Under the pieces are notes generated by a model. It saw only the letters and a program-made list of their open reading frames with translations. It had not been told where the DNA came from and made no database searches. From NCBI GenBank assembly GCA_030167865.1, contig JALAGF010005701.1:1-48522 (forward strand): a stretch of 48,522 bases of DNA, in the 5' to 3' direction. Source of the DNA: Craspedostauros australis (taxonomy: Eukaryota). A program made the position numbers and the translations under genes. The stretch's first letter is position 1, and each line of letters opens with the position of its first letter. This document shows positions 9,556 to 22,176 of this stretch, piece after piece.

Positions 9556-11161
9556 ATGATGCATAACACGGGCACTGCGCTCGTTCTATTTGGGTTTTGC
9601 GTCGGGTGCTGTTCATCATTCGTGGTGCGATGGCATCATCCTGCAGTCCGCCAAGATCATTGGCATCACCAGCCACTGCAAGCCAACGCGCGTTCAGGTG
9701 GTTTCGGGATTCTCTCGAAAGCTGCAACGTGGCAAATGTCCAATAATCGCCACATGGCAATCAATTCCGGCGATACAATCAGCCCCACTCGGGTCGGTGA
9801 TGGTGTTGGTGACAAGCGTGATGCAACAGCTGACGACAACGAGGGAGATGAAAATGGCGAGGATATGATCATTGAATCCGAAACTTGCAAACAAGGCACC
9901 ATGACGACTGCCGAAAGCCTCGATGGAAGGCTGCTATGTGCATCCGAATGCGCATACGGAGTTGAGAATCCGTACTTTCAGGGTGCCGCGTTCTACGCTG
10001 GGACTCAGGTCCGCCGACTGTCCAAGGGCGTCAACTCAGTTGTGGTGGGCGAAACGATAGACGGGATCGTCGTCTCCTTCCGTGGCACCGTCACGGGGTC
10101 ACCCTTGGATTGGCTGCAGAATGCCGCACTGTCCCTGCGCAAGGTGAAGCGGTTGCCAGGAGAAGTGCACAGTGGCTTCTACCAGGCAATCACCTCCATG
10201 TAGAAACCACTGAAGGAGACCATCCTTGAGTACCTAGCCAAGAGCACCAAGTCGGCCGCTGTGTCGAACTCCAAGGACGGCCTCAAAGACTCATCATACC
10301 CTCCGATCTACCTGACGGGACACAGCAAAGGCGGATGCTTGGCGAGTCTGGCGGCATTGCTCATGGTGCAGGACCCTGACCTTCCGAATCCAGCCTACGT
10401 TGCTACCTTCGGATCCGCAAGAGTCGGTGATGCCGCATTTCAGCAGTACTTTGACTCGAAGGTGAATCAGACGACCTACGAGAATCACCTGGATCTGATT
10501 CCATTTCTACCACCCAACAACGTCATGATGGACGTGGCTGATGAAGACATGGAAGAAATGATGGACAAGTACGTACCGTTCGAGTTTGCGTACATGTCGC
10601 GATGATCCATGCGCTGCGATGATTGAGTTGTATTGTGTCCAAATGGACGCCACTGTGTTGTTGTAGAGGGCAGTATGGGCGGCTGTGCTGGAATCCAACC
10701 AACGCACTCCGATGGGTATTTCACCATCTGATGATCCACTGGCTTACCGAGCAACATGCTTCCGTTCTCTTTTCTTTTCATCCATCCATCCATTAATTCA
10801 TCCATTCATTTCTGCATTCCCTTTTCCAACCATCCACATGCGTTCGAATTCCAGCATCCTGTGGTCGAAGGACCAACGCAAGAATGCCAAGAAGTACTTC
10901 TGGAGGTATGAGCCGCTCGGCAAGCGTGTGTACATCGACGCCTCATCGCAACAAATCGCAACGGTAGACAACGAGGTGGACAAGCAGCGCATCATGGACA
11001 TCGAGGACAAGACTTTGCTGTCATTTGCAGAATTCCGAAGCGCCCACTGTTCTGGCTGTCCGGTGGGAGGCACCAACTCGACGGGCACCTGCAGCGGTGG
11101 GTACTTCTTATCGATTGCTCCGGAAGTGTGCAGCGAGTGTGCCAACGTGGAGATTGCGTGA
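9556..11161 (+). pseudogene. Class-3 lipase with N-terminal signal-like peptide, interrupted by one in-frame TAG (10201-10203)
   Basis: Motifs IVVSFRGT, DWLQN and VHSGFYQA are followed by *KPLKETILEYL in the same frame, then LTGHSKGG, TFGSARVG and DLIPFLPP. The phase-2 intron 10569-10854 (GTACGT...TTCCAG) joins to NILWSKDQRK...YEPLG. Confidence 0.75.
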
Positions 11162-11295
11162 GCTCGGCGCAGCGTTGCGCGCCGACATGTCATGGTATGA
11201 TATCCAATCTATGTATGGCAACACGTGAGTGTGCGTGTGTGTGAGAGAGAAATAGGGATGGCGAAAGAGAGGGAGAATAGAACTGGCCCTGATGG

Positions 11296-12744
11296 TTAAG
11301 AATCTAACATCATCTCGTCCATCATATCATTCATGAGCTGCTCTTCTTTTTTCTTCATTGCAGCAGCGAACTTCTTGGCCTTCTCCTTGTGCTTCTTGCT
11401 TTTCATGTGATTCTCCATCTGACCTTCGCTCTTGAAGTCCTTCTTGCAACACTCGCACCTCCAAATCTCAGGCTCTTCCTCACTTTCTGAGCTTTCGTAG
11501 TCATCGAAGTCATCGGCATCATCTTCAGCGGCATATATTCCGTTGTGTCCATCGCCAACATCGTGCCCAATGCCGTCCTCGCGATCTGTACCATTCTGCC
11601 GTATTTCTGCCTCGCCTTCTGTGTCGCCGTCACCTTTGGATGATGTGTCACCGTTGTCGTTATCACCGATGGCACCATCACCATCCTTATCAAGTTTTCC
11701 AGCGTCACCGCCAGCGTCGCTGCCACCATCCTCTCCTTCTCCTTCCTCATCCTGCTGCTGTTGCTCCTGCTGCTGTTGACGCTTAGCCTCTTCTTCTTCC
11801 TCTTGTTGTTTCTTCATTTGTTGCTGATTCTTCCTCCATTTCTTCTTCTTCTTACCACGCTTCTTCTTGCCGCCGCCACCGTAGTCGTAGTCTTCATCGA
11901 GATCGGCCAACCGGATTCGCCCTTGCAAGCGATCCTTCTCCTCCGCTTCTTCCATCTCGCGCCTGCTCTCCTCCAACCAGGCCTCCTTGGCCTTCTGCTG
12001 GTCTTCCTTGCGTTGCACTGCCTGTTGCTTCATCGTTTCCTCGCGTTCCTGCTTCTTCTTCTCCATCTCGGCCTTCTTGGCCCGCACGCGAGGATCCCTG
12101 CGCTTGATGAAGGTGACCAACGCCACGATGTCCTGATTGTACGCCTTCTTCGCTGTCCTGCGCGCCTTGCGGTTCTCGTCGTCCATCAATCGACGGACGC
12201 GGCGACTCGGCGCATCCTCCTGGCTGTTGAACTTGTCCTCCCAGGCAAAATTCAAGGCCGAGTTGAAGGACTCCCAGTGCTGATAGAAGTTGGCCACGTG
12301 CGCCCACGGCGTCGCAGAATTGCCAAAGTCCACGGGAAGGTCCACCACCACCTCGCTCTGCCGCGTCTCGCACTGCACGATGCCCGTGAAGGCCGTCTTG
12401 TAGGCATCGTAAAAGCCGCCCGCATCATCATGGAATCCATTGAAGCAACCGGCGTACATGAACGGCGCGACGTCGAAGAGCATGTCGAGATCGTCGTTGT
12501 CGGCGTTGGCCGACCACCCCGCGAGGATGGCATCGCGGTGCTCGTCGTACCATTTGCGTTCCTGCGGATCCGACAGGCATTCGTAGGCCTGCTGCACGAG
12601 GCGGAATCTGTCCGCGGCCGTGTCGTCGCCGATGTTCTTGTCGGGATGCAGCTTCAAGGCCATCTTGCGATGGTGCTTCTTGATGGTCGCGGCATCGGCA
12701 TCGCGTGGGACGCCCAGAACGTCGTAGTGGCATTGGATCGTCAT
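11296..12744 (-). CDS. DNAJC21: DnaJ homolog subfamily C member 21 / Jjj1-like (J domain, zuotin-like region, C2H2 finger)
   Basis: CHYDVLGV...LHPDKN J domain, ERKWYDEHRDAIL, FYQHWESFNS...RRVRRLM...KRRDPR, and C-terminal CECCKKDFKSEGQMENHMKSKKH. First ATG at 12744. Confidence 0.9.
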   Translation of the reverse strand: MTIQCHYDVLGVPRDADAATIKKHHRKMALKLHPDKNIGDDTAADRFRLVQQAYECLSDPQERKWYDEHRDAILAGWSANADNDDLDMLFDVAPFMYAGCFNGFHDDAGGFYDAYKTAFTGIVQCETRQSEVVVDLPVDFGNSATPWAHVANFYQHWESFNSALNFAWEDKFNSQEDAPSRRVRRLMDDENRKARRTAKKAYNQDIVALVTFIKRRDPRVRAKKAEMEKKKQEREETMKQQAVQRKEDQQKAKEAWLEESRREMEEAEEKDRLQGRIRLADLDEDYDYGGGGKKKRGKKKKKWRKNQQQMKKQQEEEEEAKRQQQQEQQQQDEEGEGEDGGSDAGGDAGKLDKDGDGAIGDNDNGDTSSKGDGDTEGEAEIRQNGTDREDGIGHDVGDGHNGIYAAEDDADDFDDYESSESEEEPEIWRCECCKKDFKSEGQMENHMKSKKHKEKAKKFAAAMKKKEEQLMNDMMDEMMLDS

Positions 12745-13202
12745 CTTGTTGGCATGTGCTGTCACCGTTCAATGAATTCTTGTATTACGTAATGCAATAC
12801 CGCGTATGGATGAGATTGTTGTCAGCAAAGCATCCGTGTATAGTAATAGGTATGATGATTGTGAATGAAGCAGGAGCTGCAGATGAGGATTGTCTCATCG
12901 CAACGAGCACCTCGTCCTCTTTTGGAAAACGGATGAATGAGATGGAAGTGATGGTGTCGGAGATTTCTGTGTCCGTTCCCCAATCGTGCGCAGAGATGAA
13001 TGGCAGGTGGGACTCAAACGAGTCGAAGTCATCGAGTGGGCACGATTGAGAGTAGCCTTCGACCATGCCAGTCCGACGATTGTTTGCATCTACTCTCCTC
13101 TATTATGAAGATTGATATTGGAACAGTTGAATAGGAGCTAGAGAATACTATTATTTTATTAATAATATTGCGCCATAGGGTTGGATTGTGGTGCAGCTTC
13201 TT

Positions 13203-15831
13203 CTACAGTCTCTCGACAGTGTCGATGCCGAGCAAGGTCATGAGCAATCGGATGGTGCCTGCGGTGGCTGTGCACAGCGACAGACGGCTCGCCTTCAGCT
13301 CTGGCGTCTCCGCCTTATTGACGGAGCACTTCTCGTAGAACTTGTTGAACTTCTGGCTCGTCTCGAACAGGTAGTCGCAGATGCGGTTGGGATACAGCTC
13401 CTTCTCCACCTCGTTCAGCACGTCCGGCAACCGGATCAGAGTGCGCATCAGTTCGAGCTCCGCATCATCCGAAATGAGGATGGAGGATGGCTTGGGCCAT
13501 TCCAGAGAATCGGCATCCTCCTGACCGCTGGCCTTGCGGATGATGCCGCACAATCGCGCGTACGAGTACAGCATGTACGGGGCCGTGTTACCATTCAGGC
13601 TCAGCATGCGTTCGTAGCTGAACTTGTAGTTCGACTCGCGATTCATGCTGAGATCGGCGTACTTCACGGCACCGATGCCGACAATCCTGGAGACCGCATC
13701 GACGCGTGCCAGGAACGCCTCGTCCTTATCGTCGGCCCGCGATCGCATATCCTCGCCGGCAATCTTGATGCTCTCGTTCAGCAGGTCCTTTAGCTTGACG
13801 GTGTCGCCGGATCGAGTTGCGAACTTCTTACCATCTTCGCCCTGCACCAGACCGAATGGGACGTGTTCCAACGAGGCGTTGTTCGGCACCAATCCTGCCA
13901 TCTTGCTGGCAGCGAACACCATCTGAAAATGCTGTCCCTGGCCAGCGTCCGTCACGTACAGCACGCGGTTGGCCTGCTCGCCACCATCTTCGCTGGACAT
14001 GGACACGCGTTGCGTGACGGCAGCGAGATCTGTCGTGGCGTAATTGAATCCTCCATCAGATTTGCGAATGATCATGGGCAGTGGGTTGCCGTCGCGGTTT
14101 GTGTACTGGGATAGGGTAGAGCAGAGTATGGGATGAATGCACGGAATTGTTTTTTTTTTTTGCAGAGGCGGCGGTGTTGGTGTTGGTGGTAGTAGATGTG
14201 GTTGTGGTTCCATTTCATGGGTGAGTGAGACAAAAGGATACCAGAGTGAAGTGATATGGATGCGTGCACGAACGGTGTGACTGCATACACGTCCCCGCAG
14301 CAACAGAGCGAGGCCGACAGACCAGCCAACCGATCAACGGCCACTCAATCCGAAACCACGGCACGATATGAACGCGACTACAAATACTTACCCCATCGAG
14401 GAAGACCGCGGTGGCGCCTTCACTTTCCACTGCAAGACCCTGCTTCTCCAGATTGGCGACGACATCGCTCAGGAACGGATTGTAGAAGGATTCACCACGC
14501 TCCTCCAAACCCTTGATGTTGAGCGTGTCGTAGATCTTTTGGTACTCCACCCGCGATGCCGCGCACAGAGCCTCCCACGCCGCGATCTCCTCCGCATTGC
14601 CAGCCTGCAGCTTCACGACACCCTCACGAGCGCGCACCTTGAAGTCTTCATCGACATCGAAGCGCTTCTTGGCTGCCTTGTACAGCTCCACGAGATCGCC
14701 CAGATCGACGTCCTGCGAAGTTTCCAAATTCAACGCTGCCGGGTACTCGTCTCGCAGATGCTCCACGAGCATGCCGAACTGCGTGCCCCAATCTCCGACG
14801 TGATTCAATCGCACGACGTCGTGCCCGACGAATTCGAGCAAGTTGCACAAGGTGTCGCCGATGATGGTGGATCGCAAATGTCCCACGTGCATCTCCTTGG
14901 CAATGTTGGGCGAGGAGTAGTCCACGATGATCCTTTGCTTGTTCATCGTTTGAGGCAGATTGAGTCGACCGTTCGCATCCTTGGCCATGCCCTCGATGGC
15001 GCCGATGAGGTAGTCCTGCTTGAATTTGAGATTGATGAAGCCGGGACCGGCAATTTCGGGCTCCTCCATGCAATCGCCGACCTTGACTTGCAAGGCGTTG
15101 GCAAGATTGGTGGCGCACTCGCGCGGATTCATGCCCACCGATTTGGCCAACCCCATCGCGGCGTTGACTTGATAATCACCGAATTCAGCTCTGGTGGCGA
15201 CCGTGACCATGGTATCGGCCACAGTGAATGGCTTTGCATCGGCGGCCGCCGCATCACCGATGACTTGCTTTTCCTCTTCGGACATCTCTGGTTCCTTCGG
15301 TTCCTCCGCAGCTGCGTCGCCATCATTCTGTTTTTTCTTCTTCTTTTTCTTTTTGGGTTTGTTGAGCTTGGCCAATGCTGCGCCTCGGGCGACTTCGGCC
15401 GGATCGAACATGTCTTGCAACACCTCCAGCACGCACTGCTGCACCCAATCCAAGCTGCGAATGTCCGTCTCGGCAGTGGGTTCGGTTGCCGACGATGACA
15501 TGCATCTTGCAGTCTGCGAACGTCTCATTTGTGGCACGTATTGATGGAGTCTTTGGCATGATGCCATGTTGGTGGTCGCGGTACTGGAGAAGGCCGCAAC
15601 TCTGCTGTTCTGGGACATCCAGTTCATGGAAGGAAGAGCGGACAAGGCACCCAACGACGTGGGAACAGCCCGACGCATGGCCGTGAAGGCCGCAGCCCTG
15701 CTGGCACACAGCAGCACCATGATCGTGGTGGTGATGATGGTGGTGGTGGTTGTGCCAACAGCTGGTGGAGCTCGTCTGGCCGAACCTTTCTGGTGATGCT
15801 GATGCCGCTTCAGCCCTTGCACGAATGCCAT
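13203..15831 (-). CDS. argS: Arginyl-tRNA synthetase, probably organelle-targeted; 2 exons
   Basis: Motifs VDYSSPNIAKEMHVGHLRSTIIGD, NHVGDWGTQFG, GESFY, KSDGGFNYATTDLAA, KKFATRSG and GNTAPYMLYSYAR. Exons 15831-14392 and 14105-13203; intron GTAAGT...CCCAG (14391-14106). An alternative start lies at 15720 (MVLLCASRAAAF). Confidence 0.95.
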
Positions 15832-18186
15832 TCTCTCAAAGATGCACGCAATAGTGGTCGTTGAAGATCGTCGGTGTACGGTATTGTATTGTTGCTCGTA
15901 TGATGGTCCCGAGAGTGTGGATTGATGAATGTGAGCATCAGCTGATCACAAGATTTGCATCACGCGCACAAAGATCGAGGATCGCGAAAACGCCAACCGC
16001 AAACACGCACAAAAGAATGGTGAGTTGCGGCATCGATGTTGACGTTGACGTTGATGTGTGTGTGCGTTTGTTCGTTCGTCCGTCAGTTTTGTGATGTGAT
16101 GGATAATGGGTTATGAGCGTAGGTAGATATTGTCGAGTGTTCAATGTGGTCGACGCAATCATGCGATGATGACTTGCAGGATCGTGAAATGTCTCGCCCT
16201 CGACCAAACAAGAACCGAAACCGATTTCTGTGAGCGAAAAGTTGGCGGAACAGGCTGTTGAGACAGCAACGTGGCTGTTGCTCGTGGAACACGGAACGCT
16301 GGAATCAAGGCTTGTTATAGTTCGTCGCTACCGAATGCAGGTGCGATGTCGCCGTGGACATTCGATGGAGTTTCACATATAACCGTCACCGCGCCTGCAG
16401 GGTCGACATTTTCTTTCGACCATGCCGGCGTTCTTGTGTGTCACAGGCAGACATGAAATGACATTATCGCGTGCCCAAACAGCAACAAAGAGCATCCAAT
16501 GCCGTGGTCGTGTCTGTTTTGGCTGACCATTGACAAAAGGCGGAAAGCGCAGAGTGGAGAGCGAAGGATGATCTGTCCACGACCATCGAGGAGGTTCCCT
16601 CCTTGAACGACATCGACTGTTCGTTCATTGGTTCTTGTATGCGGTGGTGTTTCAAAATTAGCCCGAGCTGAAACGAAAAAAGACCTGAGAACATCGTAAC
16701 CTCACCGAGCCCACCACGGCGAAGAGCCACACGGTCGCGATAATAGCGGAACACCACCTCACGGAAGCAAGAGCGGCCAAGCGAAAGAGGAACCAAGAGA
16801 GCAACAAAGAACAAACACGATCAGAGAGGCGTTGTCATTGCATTGCCGCCCTCTCGACAACAACAACAACAACATCAACATCAGAAGCATCAAAAGTAGC
16901 ATCAGCAGCGTTGGCATCATCAGCAAGGAGGACGGGTTGTGTCGAGATCGTCGTCATAGTAGTACGAACTGATACGACACCCGGAGAGGAACAGCACAGC
17001 GAAAAAAGAGCCAATCGAACGCAACCAGGCACAACTCTTTCTTTCTCACGCTCCTTGGTTGTTTTTGAATCAGCGCAGGAAGTTGTCATTGCGGACGACA
17101 CGCAAAAAACATTGGCGAGGGTAGAACAACGCGCTCATCGTAGGACCTGGTACACTTTCCTACGCGTCGATTGTTTTAGCTCCTTCATACACGGGCGCAC
17201 TTAGAGGCACAGAGGGCATACAGACGCTTCGCAACAGCAGCGACACACAGGCACAGGCACACACAGCACAAACACAATCACACTCGTGAAGAGACGGCGA
17301 CAACAACAGCGACACAGGCGTTTGGTTTTGAAACCATCCAACAAACACTAACACCCAAAGCGCACAAACGCGCACACGAAAGTTGCACACAAACACCCAC
17401 CCACAACGGCATCTCCCTGCACAAAAACGCCGAAGACGAGTCTCGCGATACCAAACAGAAAGACCAAGGACAAAGAGACAGAGAGGCGAAGAAGCACCAG
17501 GGAGAGACCAACTTCATCTTCACCTTCGGCTCCACCTTCATTGACCACCACAACGACAGCGCTCATAACGACATCGCAGGCGCAGCCAAGCCAAACAGAC
17601 ACAAGAGTCCAACAGTCGCATCTTGCTGCTCGCCTTTCGTGTCAGACAAACGCCACAACAACCGCACCTTGTTTGTCCATTTGAGGAAGCGCTCATACTC
17701 CGAACAAACAAACAAACAAGAACGAAGCCACAACTCCAGCTGCAACAGCAACAAGACCGACACTGCCGACGCAAAACAAAGCCTCTTGAATTCGCATCCT
17801 TTCGAATTCGCAATTACTCTCTCCAAGTCATCGAGCTTCACCCGTGTTCGAGTGTTGTTTGCGCGCCCGCACTGCACAGCGTGAGCAGCATCAGACAAAA
17901 CGGCTTTGGGAAAAAGACAGCGGTCTCAAAAGCAGCACGACCACGCACAATCGCAGACAGCAAGAAACGACAAACGGGACTTCCGTCAACCACCAGGCCT
18001 TTTCCCGTCAACACGAACAGCAGCACACCACCAGCAGCATCTGTCACAACAAAGACATCAGCACCATCGCACCCCCACAGTCCCAAAAAGCCCACTCTCC
18101 GCAAAGTCAGCACAACGCAACACCGCGCAACTGATTGACTCATCTACAGAGACACACGCACAAGCACATTCCAGCCTCCACGCGCT

Positions 18187-20841
18187 ATGTCATCATCGCG
18201 ATCAGAAGACATGTCCTCTCCACGAACTCGACGCAACCCGGCACCGCCGAACAACGACAATGTGACGCTGCCAGCCAGATGCATCAACCCAGCGGGTGAT
18301 GTCAACTCCCGCCTCGACACACAGGTCGAAGTCAAGGTCTACCCATGCAACAACAGCCAGAGCAACAGCGGCAAGAAGAAGTTTACCTCCTTCACCATCA
18401 AGCCAGAGGTAAGCAGGCCTTTCGTGCATCCATCCGCAGTTCCGCTTCGCCTGCTTGATTGATTGATTGATTGATTGATTGAAGCCCTGTTGTTTGTTGG
18501 TGTGTTTGTTCGTTTGGTTGTACCCTGAATCCACGTCCATGTTCCTCCGGAAGTGGAGGCACCGAACAGAATTCGACACATACGCTCAGTTTCAAGGTGT
18601 CAATGTCGCGCGGCTAGTGAACCACTCGAGCACAGAGGCAGCCATACACATGGTCATTCTGCTTGCGCAAGTCGATGGGTGGGCTGGGTGACAGTCAGGT
18701 GCTTTTCGTCTTCCGCTGCGTGCGTTCCCCTCTCCGGACGCGAAGGAAACTATTTGCTCCATCTCCACCATGCTCTGTCGTTCTGCCACTAACACTTCAC
18801 TATCCTGGCATACTTCCCATTCTGGCAATCGAACGAACACTGTGTTCTCTGCCGTGCGACCATCAATCCCGCCGTCTTCGTGAACGCACTCGTATGAACA
18901 GGGCGTCATCATCCAAGGCTCCAACCGCAATCGCAACGGCAACTCCATCGATCTCGGTTCCGAATATGCCACCCACGTCGGCCGCAAGCTCCAACGCTAC
19001 GAGCTCTCCGATACCAGGGCGTGCCAGCTGCTGGTCACCACCCACGGCAAGAACTTCTGGGTGGTGCCAGCACCGGAAGCCTTCTCCCGACACTCCGGTA
19101 CCTGCAGGCTCCTTGGTGACAGAAAGCACCCACCCGCCCCACACACCCTCCAGGTGGGAGACTTTTTGCGCGTGGGATCGGTCGGTGTTGTCGTCATCGA
19201 GACCCACGATGGTGTCGAGAACCGCGTTCTCTCGGAAGAGAAGATTCAGAAGATCATGAGAGACACGACCAACTCCAACGGAGGCTTCCTCGACCTTGCG
19301 GAGACTGACGGAGGTGAGTCAACGCACCAGCACCAATTTGGAGCAGTTCTTCCACGTCACCGACACACCTCCTTTTGTATTTTGTGTCCCGTGTTCTTAC
19401 TGCCCAATTTTCTGCACACTAACCACGCTTGCTCTTCTTGTCTTCGGCTCTTCTCCCCTCGCCATGTCATGCCCGATTTTCTAAATGCCTCCTCTTTTGG
19501 GTTCCACGTTGACGGTATGACCCATCCATCGCAAACTCATCTCTACCATTGCAACCACCACAATACCATCAACACACGCCTCCAAACCGTCTTGCTCAAT
19601 CGCACAAACGTTTCTACGTTGCTTACGTGTCGCTCCGTTCGGTTTAACGATACCTTCGCGATCACATCGCTACCACAATCGCAATCGCTACGTGCATCAA
19701 TGCACCAACAGAGAACTCTGATGACTCCATGGATGACATGCCAGGCAACAGGTCGACGCACGAGGATCATGGGGATAGCCCGGTGTGCTACATGTGCTTC
19801 GATGAGGAGGACACGGAGACCAACCCCATGATCACCCCGTGCAAGTGCTCCGGAGACACGAAGTTCGTGCACGTGGAGTGCCTTCGCAAGTGGCACACCG
19901 CAGAGGCGGACAACCAAATCTGCTTCCTGTCATCCGTCGACGCCACCTGCTCTGTGTGCAAAAGCACATTCAAATCCGATTTCAAGCTCAAGGACGGACG
20001 TCAAGTCAAGCTCTTCAAGTCGTCCCTTGAGCCACCATACGTGTCGCTCCTCGTGGCAACCAAGCACGAGATGGCACAGCGGTTATTCAACACTCGCTTC
20101 CAGCTGTCGTTCAGCACTTTGATGAGACAGGATGGGCGCAACGCGAGCCGCCCATTGCTGTTGGGACGGTCTTCGGGATCCGACATGGTGCTTGATTACC
20201 GCACCGTGTCTGCTCGTCATGCGGCCATCCGTTTCAAGAACGGGGAATTCATTTTCACCGATGCAGGTTCCTCCAACGGTTCCTACCTCTACCTGAGGCG
20301 ACCGTTGGAACTGTCGCCATCCCAGTCGGTGCAGTTCCGTCTCGGGCGTTCGATGATCTCCATGAAGGTGGTGAACAAGTGGAACCGCAGATTCTTGCGT
20401 GCGGTGCGTCGGGGAGGACAGGGTTCGCGAGAAGCGGAGGATGATGCCAACAACCTCGACTCCAGATCGATTGGCAGCAACGACGATGATGTGAGGATCA
20501 CGGACGGCCAGACAGGCGTCGTGACGAGGACAATCCCACGCCGCACACGTGACAGCGTGATGGGCAGCCTCCCACCTGCCGGTCAACTGTCGCAGCAATC
20601 CAGCAAGCACCTTGACCTCCTGTACGCCCTCGCGTACCCCAAGCGCGAAAAGGAGGCAAGCTCCCCAAGCAGAACGAACAGCAAGGTCCCACCGAAGGTC
20701 GTCGATGTCGAAGCGCAAGACGAAGTGGTCTTGCAGCTGCAGGATCAGCAACAAGAGCAGGAGAACCAGGGAGACGCAGCAGGGGAGGATGTTGAGGCAG
20801 AGACTCCAACTCCAGATGAGGTTTCGCCTGTCTGCGCGTAA
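18187..20841 (+). CDS. FHA-domain plus RING-CH (RINGv) protein, putative E3 ligase; 3 exons
   Basis: Exons 18187-18408, 18902-19313 and 19712-20841 are joined by in-phase GT-AG introns. RING-CH: CYMC...PCKCSGDTKFVHVECLRKW...CSVC. FHA: LGRSSGSD...VSARHA...DAGSSNGSY. An upstream FHA-like segment ends in LQVGDFLRVGS. Confidence 0.85.
18455..18482. repeat. (GATT)n microsatellite in intron 1 of the FHA/RING gene
   Basis: About 7 consecutive TTGA/GATT units. Confidence 0.9.
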
Positions 20842-21426
20842 GCGACTCCCAACCAGATGAAGATTCGGGAAGGTATTCGGATGGACCGAATGTGCATCCG
20901 GATCCAATTCCGCAAGCAGTGAACGTGAGGTGTAACGCCCCAACGTTGATTGCGCGGGGGATACGCCGACTCTCTAGCGCGGTCTGATGCTCGCTCCGCC
21001 TTGGGCGGATGAACCCGGATCGTACCGAATCACAAGAGATGAGACCAGACCAAATGAACCAGCAAGATAATTCAAACAATAGGAACACGAATGAAACAGC
21101 AGATGATGTGGTGGTCCTGCATGACATGATGCTGGATGTGTTCGCCTCCATCGTGATGAAACATAGGAGACTCTCCAGAGTTGGAGGTGTGGAACGCAAC
21201 GAAGACTATGGGTAACAAGGAGGACGAAAGGATGGGGATGAGTTGTTATGATGCATGCTTGTCATGTTCGAGCATTTTGCATGGTCCTAACAGGTACGAC
21301 TACGAGCAAGGCATTGATGCATGCGGACAGAAAAGATCGATTCCATCGCTTCAAGCAAGCATCAGCTCTGTTCCACATAGTGAGTAGAGAGTAGAGTACC
21401 TGCAAACGGTATCTCTGCTTCTCTTT

Positions 21427-21492
21427 GGAGTGTGGTCGAGTGGAGTGTGGTCGAGTGGAGTGGAGTAGAGTAGAGTGGAGTAGAGTAGAGTG
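21427..21492. repeat. Compound repeat: GGAGTGTGGTCGAGT x2, then (RGAGT)n pentamers
   Basis: Directly visible tandem units. Confidence 0.85.
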
Positions 21493-22176
21493 AAATTGTG
21501 CGTCACTCCGCTCCATTTCCGTTTCCGTTTCGCCAAAGTAAACTTCGCCGCCTCCCCGTTGGCACGTTGGAGTTGCCAACCCATTGTGTATTTTGGCGCG
21601 TTGGGCGGTGCTCAGTTCCTTCCGTTGAGATTCGCCTCATGTTGTGTCACATAGTGAAATCACTCGCACAATCAAGGAAGTTCGGCGGTGCGGTGACTGG
21701 AACATCATGTGCAGAGAAGTGACACCCTGCATCAACATCGCGCAGCTGTGTTCTCTTCCAAATGCGAAACTCAATCGCCCCGCCATCCTCTTCCGAACTG
21801 AGTCTCTATTCTGAGTAACAACAGCAACAACAACCAAAGCAGCAACCAGAGCAGCAACAACCTCAAGGGAAGAAGGCAAACAAGGGTGCATAACATTGCA
21901 TTGCATTGCATAGCATAGCATCGCATCCACCCAACTGCACCCACAACAACAACAACAGAGCAAGCTGCGCCAAAGTTGCGCGCCAAAGTCAAAACCCCAT
22001 CAAGGCCACAGTCGTCCATTGCATCCATGGAGGCGTTGGTTCCGAATCACCACAGAGTGTCAACAATCATCGCAGACTAGCGTCGAATGGCAGAGTGGCG
22101 TAGAGCAAGTCCTTTCTCATTGGATACAATACATTACAATACAACACACTATAATACAATACAACACAGTGCCACC

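Noticed and set aside
11761..15498. Long antisense ORFs (11761-12792, 13188-13793, 14368-15498)
   Set aside because: Antisense to well-supported GC3-rich genes and without motifs. The same applies to 22189-23529, 25722-26828 and 31979-32890.
21890..22170. Pentamer runs (CATTG/CATAG, CAATA) considered as a CRISPR-like or structured array
   Set aside because: Simple degenerate microsatellites with no spacer structure.
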